DNA of 64,000 nucleotides from an uncultured bacterium (GTDB lineage Bacteria; Chlamydiota; Chlamydiia; Chlamydiales; FEN-1388): NCBI GenBank assembly GCA_964487845.1, contig CAZASK010000002.1, positions 47,137 to 111,136 of the forward strand, read 5' to 3'. Shown piece by piece: positions 45,313 to 54,632 of this stretch (position 1 is its first letter; each line of letters starts with the position of its first letter). The notes under the pieces were generated by a model. It saw only the letters and a program-made list of their open reading frames with translations, ran no database searches and was not told where the DNA came from. The position numbers and the translations under genes were made by a program.

Positions 45313-45476
45313 GACCTCTTGCGTAATTAAGGTTCTGTCGATTTTCGGGTTCTTTTGAGCCGCTTTTCGATTCGAATTACAGGGATTATATCCGTTGATA
45401 TTACCCCTGTAATTCGAATCGAAAATCGGCCAAAATAATCCCAAAAAGCGACGAACCCTTAATTACGCAAGAGGTC
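45313..45476. repeat. 164-bp nested palindromic intergenic element (copy B, a related family) inside the pseudopilin gene string
   Basis: Perfect 20-nt outer arms GACCTCTTGCGTAATTAAGG (45313-45332) / CCTTAATTACGCAAGAGGTC (45457-45476). Perfect 21-nt inner arms TTTTCGATTCGAATTACAGGG (45364-45384) / CCCTGTAATTCGAATCGAAAA (45405-45425). The segments between the arms are also roughly complementary. Confidence 0.85.
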
Positions 45477-45482
45477 TATAGA

Positions 45483-46157
45483 ATGAGCAAGTCAAAAAGA
45501 CGCAGTTTTTCCTTGATTGAGCTTATCATCGCTTGTAGTTTGGTAGGCTGCGTGTTTGCTGTATTCGCCTCTACAATGTGGTACAGCATTCGTTATGAGG
45601 CGCTGATAGAAAAAAAGACGGCCCATTTCGGGTATTTGCATATGCAGGCCGCACGCTTGAAGGGTGTGCTTTTACAATCGATCTACGGTAATGATTCGAA
45701 ATTTTGCTTTTACTCGCAAGAGGGTGAGTCAAAAGAAGAAGTTGGAACGAGCCTTGTTTTTACCTTCCATGCCGGCGTTGATCCAGACCCTGATTTTTCA
45801 AATGTGAATGTGGGTAAACTATTTCTCGACAGAGAAAAAAATCTTGTGTTCGCATCGTGGCCAGATCCTAAGTTATACGAAAAAAGCCCTCCCCCACTTA
45901 GAAAAGAAATTTTATTTCATAATGTGGCTTCTTGCACGATGCGCTTTTTTAGTTATAAGCCTCCAGTAGAGCCTGGAAAGGTAGCGAATCAAGAAGAAAA
46001 AGGTGTGTGGCTTACTGAGTGGAAAAAAGAGTACAAAGCACAACCACAACTTGTGGAAGTGTTATTAACATTTGCCCCTGAAAATAGTGAGGAAGCATCG
46101 CAGGATTTGCTCTTTTCGTGTCTTATTCCACGCGCGTTTCCAATAATTGAATACTAA
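45483..46157 (+). CDS. Minor pseudopilin-like protein
   Basis: 224 aa with the prepilin-type N-terminus MSKSKRRSFSLIELIIACSLVGCVFAVF. Confidence 0.65.
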   Translation: MSKSKRRSFSLIELIIACSLVGCVFAVFASTMWYSIRYEALIEKKTAHFGYLHMQAARLKGVLLQSIYGNDSKFCFYSQEGESKEEVGTSLVFTFHAGVDPDPDFSNVNVGKLFLDREKNLVFASWPDPKLYEKSPPPLRKEILFHNVASCTMRFFSYKPPVEPGKVANQEEKGVWLTEWKKEYKAQPQLVEVLLTFAPENSEEASQDLLFSCLIPRAFPIIEY

Positions 46158-46172
46158 AATCATAAAAAATAT

Positions 46173-47990
46173 ATGAATAGATACGATTTTTACTGCAATG
46201 AAAGCCAATTTTTTCAAAAAACAGCCGATAATTTCTTGGGTATTCCTAATGATCCAAATGCGAATCCAGAAAGGGCGAGTATAGCGAAAGTAAAAATATT
46301 TCTTTCCTCAGATTTTCATGTGTGTTTGAATAAGTGCCTGCAATGGGATGATAAGATGCGCTTGATGCAAGCAATTCATGAAATTGCATATAGGTTTATT
46401 GGGAAAGGAGCAACGCACGCGAGTGTATCTCAGCATTTGCGGAAGAGGCATGCAAAATTGTTTCCACAAATGCTTGAAAGTAAATACATGCAAGAGCGTA
46501 TTTTTAATCTTGCATTACGCAATCCAAGTCATCCATTCATTTCAAATCTTGTTCACTTAAGTAGTCCTCTCCCTATTATTCTTAGTCAAGATAATTTTTG
46601 TAAAAGAGCTTTAGGTTCTATTGAGGAAAGACATTTTCAGGATATCGCCAATAATGTGCAATCGGTTGTCTCTGCTAGTTTCAATACCCCTATTCCGTGT
46701 GAGAAATTGATTGATGCATTAGGGCAATTTACTCATCTTAAACAGCTCTCGCTAAGACGTATTAAATCAGATAATGTAGACATGAATTTTTTATTGGAGA
46801 AAATAAGTGGTATTCTGAAAAATTTAGAACACTTATCCTTGAAATGCTCACGTTCTAGTTTGTTTAAAAAAATCATCTTTGAGAAATCTCTTGCTGTCCT
46901 TCCAAAGACGTTGACATCATTTTCTTGTACTGGATGTGATATAGAAAACGTTCAGTTGAGGCAGCTGCAGAAGCTTTCATCTCTTACAGAGCTTGATCTA
47001 TCGCAGAGTGTAAACTTTTCTGATCTTACTTTTTCTGATTTTCCGCAGTCTCTTGAAGTGCTTCGTCTTAGAGAATGTATGATCGAGGATAATAATTTGC
47101 TGAACATTGAAAATCTACATCATCTGAGAGAATTGAATCTTTCAGGCAATGATTTATCCGGAGCTACACTGAAGCTATTGCCACAATCTATCAAAAAACT
47201 AAATCTCAGTTTTAATCCCTTAACAGAGGCTATTTGTAATCAACTGAGGGATCATACCGGGATAACAGAGATTGATTTTTCCAGCACTCCGCATATTGAA
47301 GGCAATATTGCTTCGCTTCCACGCTCTCTTGAAAAAATAACCTTTTCTGGATTGGGAGAACTTGACGAATTGACAATTCTTGCATTACAGCATTTCCCTC
47401 GTCTTACACACTGTTATATAGGTACAAGGAAGCTAAGTAATAGCGAAATGGTAGCACGGTTTCCAACAACATTGACACATTTGAGTCTTATTTCTATGGA
47501 AATTACAGAAAATGTCTGTAAGCATTTGCATAGCCGAAATAAGTTGATCAAGCTTAACCTAAGCGGTCATCTTTTAACACAGAGTGATTTTTCTCAACTT
47601 TCAGAGAGTATACTGCACTTGAAAGTCAACTTTTGTTCACTGACTGATGAAGCACTACAAAAAGTGTGTTTTTTAAAAAATTTACAGTCATTAAGTATTG
47701 CTTGTAATCCAGATATCACAAGCAAGGCGTTGTCTTTACTCCCATCATCTATTACTAAACTTGATTTGGCTGCATGCATTGAATTAGATGAGAGTCTGTT
47801 TGAGAATATAGCACATCTGACAAATCTCAAATCATTAAACCTAATCCATATTCCAAATGTTACAGGAACAGACATTTGCTTGTTGCCACAGTCTGTGAGT
47901 AAAGTGCAGTTTACAAGAGAATTTTTTTCTCCTGAAGCAATTCAATATTTACAACAGCACCCTAACTGTATTGAAGTGGTAGCTCTATGA
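46173..47990 (+). CDS. Eukaryote-like leucine-rich-repeat protein (RNI/FBXL 'CC'-type LRRs)
   Basis: 605 aa. More than 12 LRRs of about 24-26 aa, for example LTELDLSQSVNFSDLTFSDFPQSLEVLRLRECMIEDNNLLNIENLHHLRELNLSGNDLSG and LKNLQSLSIACNPDITSKALSLLPSSITKLDLAACIELDE. The N-terminal ~190 aa are unassigned. Confidence 0.8.
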   Translation: MNRYDFYCNESQFFQKTADNFLGIPNDPNANPERASIAKVKIFLSSDFHVCLNKCLQWDDKMRLMQAIHEIAYRFIGKGATHASVSQHLRKRHAKLFPQMLESKYMQERIFNLALRNPSHPFISNLVHLSSPLPIILSQDNFCKRALGSIEERHFQDIANNVQSVVSASFNTPIPCEKLIDALGQFTHLKQLSLRRIKSDNVDMNFLLEKISGILKNLEHLSLKCSRSSLFKKIIFEKSLAVLPKTLTSFSCTGCDIENVQLRQLQKLSSLTELDLSQSVNFSDLTFSDFPQSLEVLRLRECMIEDNNLLNIENLHHLRELNLSGNDLSGATLKLLPQSIKKLNLSFNPLTEAICNQLRDHTGITEIDFSSTPHIEGNIASLPRSLEKITFSGLGELDELTILALQHFPRLTHCYIGTRKLSNSEMVARFPTTLTHLSLISMEITENVCKHLHSRNKLIKLNLSGHLLTQSDFSQLSESILHLKVNFCSLTDEALQKVCFLKNLQSLSIACNPDITSKALSLLPSSITKLDLAACIELDESLFENIAHLTNLKSLNLIHIPNVTGTDICLLPQSVSKVQFTREFFSPEAIQYLQQHPNCIEVVAL

Positions 47991-48034
47991 GTATTCAATT
48001 TGATAACTTTCAATAAGAGGTAAGCAAAATTTGT

Positions 48035-48886
48035 ATGGCTCTTTTAATGACGACGTTTGGATTTCTTTTTATCTTTTTTCTGTATTCGACAACGCAGTTT
48101 TCTAGGCTTCTTGAGTTTAGTTTAATGAATGAAGTATATGCTGAGGTGTATGATGAAAGTGAGGAGAAAATCAGAAAAGCCGTTGTGACGAGAGCCAATA
48201 CAAATTATTATGCAGCAGCAAAATCATATGACGAAGAGCTAGAGCCTCCAGAAGATGATGGTGTTGAGTCTGTTCCTCAGAGACAATCGACGCCTCGTCT
48301 ATCGAGAAAACTCCACTTGCCTCAGCTGCTCAGTCAACAGCCCGCGCAGCCGCATGATAAAACATATGAGGCTTCTCTTCTTCTTTTACAGCATCTCATT
48401 CGCACGCTGTATGGCGATGCTCCATTTTTCAAGGATGCGAAGGTGAAGCACCCAAAGCTAGAAGAAGAGCTTATTCATAAAGTATTGCTCCAAGTTCATG
48501 AGCATAAAATGAAGCTAGCAGAACACATTGCGAATATCGATTTAGAGGATGAAGAGTTGCAGGTTATCCTTTTTAAAATACTTGCGGGGTCAAAAAGAGG
48601 AGATGAAGAGGGTGGCTATCCTTCTTTACTGCAATTTATATCGTTTCAAAACAAGCCGCAGGCGGTCGCTGTATATTTGGCTCCTCGCGAGATTTTACTT
48701 GCCCTCTTTCAAGATGAGCAGGTGGTTTCTGATATTCTCACAGAGCGCAATACCCTCCATTCGATGGTAAAAAAGGAAAACATGAGCGCCCTCGAAGAGC
48801 AATTCAAGGCGCGATTTGCCTCAAAGCTGCCATCTTATATTGAGCCAAACATGGTCAGCTTTCGAGTGACGAAGACAAAGCCGTGA
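48035..48886 (+). CDS. Hypothetical protein with an N-terminal TM anchor
   Basis: 283-aa ORF. TM FGFLFIFFLYSTTQF, then a soluble helical domain. No motif recognised. It is the last co-directional gene after the T2SS/LRR string. Confidence 0.6.
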   Translation: MALLMTTFGFLFIFFLYSTTQFSRLLEFSLMNEVYAEVYDESEEKIRKAVVTRANTNYYAAAKSYDEELEPPEDDGVESVPQRQSTPRLSRKLHLPQLLSQQPAQPHDKTYEASLLLLQHLIRTLYGDAPFFKDAKVKHPKLEEELIHKVLLQVHEHKMKLAEHIANIDLEDEELQVILFKILAGSKRGDEEGGYPSLLQFISFQNKPQAVAVYLAPREILLALFQDEQVVSDILTERNTLHSMVKKENMSALEEQFKARFASKLPSYIEPNMVSFRVTKTKP

Positions 48887-48893
48887 TGCTGCC

Positions 48894-50858
48894 TTAGCGC
48901 ATAACTGTTTTGAGATACTGTTTTGGGACTTCATATAAAAAGCGGCTTGTACGCATGCTACGAAGTCCTCCCCATAGATATCTTTGCCTTGCGCAGCTAA
49001 GAAAGAGGATTTTCTTTGCCCTTGTCATCCCTACATAAAAGAGTCTGCGCTCTTCTTCTATTTGTTCTGGCTTCATTTTGGAGTTGATGTGGGGGAAAAG
49101 ATCTTCTTCGAGGCCGACGACAAAGACGACATTAAATTCTAGTCCCTTTGCATTGTGGACGGTCATGATGTTGACGCGGTCTTGCTCGACATCCAAGGTG
49201 TCAGTAGCACTCACAAGAGCAATTTCTTCTAAAAACTTCTCTAGAGTAGCTTCTTGCTTTCCTTCTTCCCATTCGATTGCTTTTGCTACAAGTTCTTCTA
49301 CGTTAGCGCGCCTTTCTTCTCTCGTTTCTGTATCGAGGTCGAGATATTGCAGATATCCAGTATCAAAGACGGCTGCGCGCACTACTTCTGAAAGCGGCGG
49401 GGTTGAGTTGAGTTGCTGGAGTAGATTCATAATTCGAGCAAACTGACTCAATCCCTCTTTTTGTTTTGCGGTGAGGGACACTTCAAACCCGGAAAAATCG
49501 GTCGCCACGGCATAGGTGACACAGTCGAGTAGAGAAACCCCTTCTCGTTTTGCTTGGTAAGAGAGCTTATTTAAGACAACCTCCCCTAGGCCCCTCTTGG
49601 GTAAGTTGATGACTCTATTAAAGCTGACCTCATCATAAGGGTTTGCAAGAAGCTTTAGAAAACATAAAACGTCTTTAATTTCTTTTCTCAGATAAAAAGA
49701 GATGCCGCCAATGATCTTGTAGGGAATGCGTCTTGAGATAAGCGCATCTTCAAAAGGACGAGATTGAAAGTTTGTTCGGTAGAAGATTGCAATATCTGAA
49801 TAGCGAACTCCTTGTTCCCTATGCAAAAATGCGATTTTTCCCGCTACAAATTCAGCTTCGCGACGCTCACTTTCAGCAGAAAAAAGTGTTATTTTTTCCC
49901 CTTCTCCGTGGGTGCTCCAAAGAGCTTTGTCAAAGCGCTGACTGTTGTTGGCGATGACGCTATTAGCCGCTGATAGGATGGTCTCAGTGCTTCTATAATT
50001 TTGCTGGAGTTTTAATACAATGGCTCCAGGATATTCTTTTTCAAAGCGAAGGATGTGTTCGACAATAGCTCCGCGCCATGAATAGATGGATTGGTCTGGG
50101 TCTCCTACAACAAAGAGATTTCTCTCTTTTGCTGTCAAAAGCTGAATAAAGCGCGATTGGCTGAAGTTTGTGTCTTGATATTCGTCGACGAGGATGAAGC
50201 GAAATCTGTTTTGATAGTATTCAAGAACTTCTGGAAATTGCTCCAAAAGAAGCACAGGGAGATAGAGTAAGTCGTCAAAGTCAACAGCATTGCATTCTTT
50301 TAGTTTTCGGATGTAGCGCTCATATATTTCTGCATATCCATTTTCATCGATTTGCTTCGTCACCATTTCAGGGCGCAAGAGTCTGTTTTTGCAAGAGCTG
50401 ATAAAAGAGGCAACAGCTTTGATTTCAATTTTTCCTTCGCTGCCAAATACCTCTTTTGCAGCTTGCCTCATCAGCTTATGCGTGTCTTCTTCATCATAGA
50501 TTGCAAATTGTGGATTCATTCCTAGATGATGGATAGACTCTCTGAGCATGCGAGCACCAAGGCTGTGGAATGTAGCTACTGTCACAGGCTCATGTGTAAA
50601 TTTAGCAACTCGCTCTTTCATCTCCTGTGCCGCTTTATTTGTAAAAGTAACAGCGAGGATGGAGTTGGCAGGAATGCCATTTGCGATGAGGTTTGCGATC
50701 CGTAGTGTGACGACGCGTGTTTTCCCAGATCCTGCTCCTGCGAGTACAAGAGCTGGTCCATAAAGATGATGCACAGCGCTCTGTTGCTCGGGATTTAAGC
50801 CAGCGATAAGTGTGTCAAGCTCTTGTCTGTCTTTACCTGCATGTAATAGATCTTGCAT
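48894..50858 (-). CDS. uvrD: ATP-dependent DNA helicase, UvrD/PcrA/Rep family (SF1)
   Basis: 654 aa. Motif I AGAGSGKTRV, motif II LVDEYQDTN, motif III VGDPDQSIYSWRGA, motif V TVHNAKGLEF and motif VI ERRLFYVGMTRAK. Confidence 0.93.
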   Translation of the reverse strand: MQDLLHAGKDRQELDTLIAGLNPEQQSAVHHLYGPALVLAGAGSGKTRVVTLRIANLIANGIPANSILAVTFTNKAAQEMKERVAKFTHEPVTVATFHSLGARMLRESIHHLGMNPQFAIYDEEDTHKLMRQAAKEVFGSEGKIEIKAVASFISSCKNRLLRPEMVTKQIDENGYAEIYERYIRKLKECNAVDFDDLLYLPVLLLEQFPEVLEYYQNRFRFILVDEYQDTNFSQSRFIQLLTAKERNLFVVGDPDQSIYSWRGAIVEHILRFEKEYPGAIVLKLQQNYRSTETILSAANSVIANNSQRFDKALWSTHGEGEKITLFSAESERREAEFVAGKIAFLHREQGVRYSDIAIFYRTNFQSRPFEDALISRRIPYKIIGGISFYLRKEIKDVLCFLKLLANPYDEVSFNRVINLPKRGLGEVVLNKLSYQAKREGVSLLDCVTYAVATDFSGFEVSLTAKQKEGLSQFARIMNLLQQLNSTPPLSEVVRAAVFDTGYLQYLDLDTETREERRANVEELVAKAIEWEEGKQEATLEKFLEEIALVSATDTLDVEQDRVNIMTVHNAKGLEFNVVFVVGLEEDLFPHINSKMKPEQIEEERRLFYVGMTRAKKILFLSCARQRYLWGGLRSMRTSRFLYEVPKQYLKTVMR

Positions 50859-50915
50859 GAATGCTCAAATTTTATATGATGGAAGAGCTGCAATCATACC
50901 TTAAATACAGGTCAT

Positions 50916-52166
50916 ATGTCATTACGAGAGTTGCTGAAATATCTCTTTTTTTTTCTGATCATCATATATGCAAGCACAGTCCATGCTGCTATTTCTCTTG
51001 GTGTGGATCAGCTTTTTTTCGAAGATGGCGTGAAATTGCTGCAAGGGAAAAATATCGGCCTTGTAACGAATCAAACAGGGGTTAATTCACGTTATATTTC
51101 AACGATTGATTTGTTAAAAGAGAATCAAAAAAAATATCAGTACCATCTTTCAGCACTTTTTGCTCCCGAACATGGACTCTATGGCGAAGGATATGCAGGA
51201 GAAAAGATCGAAAGTGGTAAAACGGCTTCTGGAATCCCTATTTTCAGTCTTCATGGAGCAACCAGGCGCCCTACTAAGGAGATGCTGAGAGGCTTAACAC
51301 TCATTATTTTCGATATCCAGGATATTGGATCAAGGAGTTATACCTACTTATCGACGCTTTTTTATGTGATGGAAGAGGCTGCAAAGGCACATATTCCGGT
51401 ACTTGTTTTGGATCGCCCCAATCCTCTAGGGGGGCTACTGGTTGATGGACCGATGTTGGAAAGTGAGTTTCGCTCTTTTGTGGGGTATGCGAATGTGGCC
51501 TACTGTCATGGGATGACGGCTGGAGAACTTGCCCTCTTCTTCAATGAAGAGTATAAAATAGGCTGCGAGCTTCATGTTTTGTATATGAGGGGGTGGAGGC
51601 GAAGTATGCTCTTTCATGAGACGGGGTTGCAGTGGATTCCGACGAGTCCTAACATTCCTGATGCAAAAGTTGCTTTCCATTATCCTGCTGTAGGGATGCT
51701 CGGAGAGTTAGAGGTCGCATCGATAGGTGTTCATTACACACTTCCTTTTCAGCTTGTGGCAGCTCCCTGGATTAACGGGGAAAAACTTGCTACTCTCCTT
51801 AATCAATATGCTCTTCCTGGGGTGCATTTCGTAGCTACATACTGTAAGCCTGTCTCTGGAAGATATGCAAAACAAGTATGTAAAGGAGTACTGGTTTTGA
51901 TTACAGACAAAAAGGTATTTCGTCCCTATGCCACGCAATGTGCTATCTTCCATGCGTTGAAAAAATATTCGCCTAAGACCTTTCTTGCTTGTCTGCATGC
52001 GTCGGATGCAAAGAGAGATTTTTTTTATAAAATATGTGGGACAAAAAAGATTTTTGAGCTTCTGAGTCAAGAAGAGTGCTCATTCAAATCCCTTCTCTCT
52101 ATTCATGAAAAAGAACGAGAGCGATTTATCGCAATCAGGAGAAAGTACCTCAAATACGACCCGTAA
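50916..52166 (+). CDS. DUF1343-family protein (exo-beta-N-acetylmuramidase NamZ-like), secreted
   Basis: 416 aa. Signal-peptide-like N-terminus. The family-typical GKNIGLVTNQTGVNS, ALFAPEHGLYG and FDIQDIGSRSYTY. Confidence 0.7.
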   Translation: MSLRELLKYLFFFLIIIYASTVHAAISLGVDQLFFEDGVKLLQGKNIGLVTNQTGVNSRYISTIDLLKENQKKYQYHLSALFAPEHGLYGEGYAGEKIESGKTASGIPIFSLHGATRRPTKEMLRGLTLIIFDIQDIGSRSYTYLSTLFYVMEEAAKAHIPVLVLDRPNPLGGLLVDGPMLESEFRSFVGYANVAYCHGMTAGELALFFNEEYKIGCELHVLYMRGWRRSMLFHETGLQWIPTSPNIPDAKVAFHYPAVGMLGELEVASIGVHYTLPFQLVAAPWINGEKLATLLNQYALPGVHFVATYCKPVSGRYAKQVCKGVLVLITDKKVFRPYATQCAIFHALKKYSPKTFLACLHASDAKRDFFYKICGTKKIFELLSQEECSFKSLLSIHEKERERFIAIRRKYLKYDP

Positions 52167-52175
52167 AAAGCATAT

Positions 52176-52202
52176 CTAGCACTCAAAGCTCTTTTCTGCT
52201 AA
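52176..52202 (+). promoter_or_regulatory. Degenerate CIRCE-like inverted repeat (possible HrcA operator) upstream of groES
   Basis: CTAGCACTC-N9-TTCTGCTAA against the consensus TTAGCACTC-N9-GAGTGCTAA: 8/9 left, 6/9 right. A TTGACC-17 nt-TAGACT promoter-like pair follows at 52210-52238. Confidence 0.35.
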
Positions 52203-52330
52203 AACATGATTGACCTAAATACAGTATTTCCGTAGACTGACACCACTCGGCTGTCTACGGTTTTTGACGCTCGCTCATCCAAAAACTGTAAGAGGCATGG
52301 GTTTCATCTAAGTTACATTTGGAGTTTTAT

Positions 52331-52606
52331 ATGAAGTTACAACCACTTGGAAATCGAGTTCTCGTTCGAAGATCAAAAGTAAAAGTTTCAAAGGGCGGCA
52401 TCTTGCTTCCTGAAGGTGCGCAGGAAAAACCGAAAGAGGGTTTAGTGATTGCGTGTGGTCCTGGAAAAGAAAAAGAGCCTATGGATGTAAAAGTAGGTGA
52501 TACAGTGCTTTTTTCTTCTTACGCGGGCACTGAAGTAAAAAGTCAAGATAGTGAAGAAGAGTTACTTATTTTATCTCAGGATGAGATTCTCGGAATTGTT
52601 GGATAA
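52331..52606 (+). CDS. groES: Co-chaperonin GroES
   Basis: The ORF track gives 52319-52606. The conserved start MKLQPLGNRVLVRR is at ATG 52331. GGILLPEGAQEKP mobile loop. Confidence 0.93.
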   Translation: MKLQPLGNRVLVRRSKVKVSKGGILLPEGAQEKPKEGLVIACGPGKEKEPMDVKVGDTVLFSSYAGTEVKSQDSEEELLILSQDEILGIVG

Positions 52607-54307
<1,701 letters not shown>

Positions 54308-54322
54308 AAAACCGTGACGAAT

Positions 54323-54351
54323 CCTTCGAGAGATGTAGTGTCTCTCGAAGG
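54323..54351 (+). terminator. Candidate terminator hairpin after groEL
   Basis: A perfect 11-bp stem CCTTCGAGAGA / TCTCTCGAAGG with a 7-nt loop lies 16 nt after the stop. The U-tract is weak. Confidence 0.5.
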
Positions 54352-54383
54352 GTGTCCCTTCAATAAAAAGGCAATTACTCAAT

Positions 54384-54632
54384 ATGCCAATATATGAATA
54401 TACATGTGATGCATGCTCTCAGTCGCTGGAGTTGATGCAAAAGATAACAGATGCTGCTCCTGAAAGTTGTCCTCATTGTGGCAAAAAGACGTTGCGTCGT
54501 ATTTTCCAATCTTTATCCCTCCAATTTCAAGGAAGCGGTTTTTACATCAACGACTATTCAAAGGAAGCGTCTGCGGCACAAGGGCCAAAGCATGGCTGTA
54601 AATCTGGCTGTGGATGTAAAATTAAAGCTTAG
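54384..54632 (+). CDS. FmdB-family zinc-ribbon protein (CxxC_CxxC_SSSS)
   Basis: 82 aa. MPIYEYTCDACSQ...CPHCG is the hallmark N-terminus. Confidence 0.8.
   Translation: MPIYEYTCDACSQSLELMQKITDAAPESCPHCGKKTLRRIFQSLSLQFQGSGFYINDYSKEASAAQGPKHGCKSGCGCKIKA

Noticed and set aside
46173-46750. Possible F-box in the N-terminal region of the LRR protein (HLSSPLPIILSQDNFCKRAL).
   Set aside because: Only a vague LP-x-x-IL resemblance. The downstream conserved Trp/Leu pattern of F-boxes is not evident, so no call is possible without a profile search.
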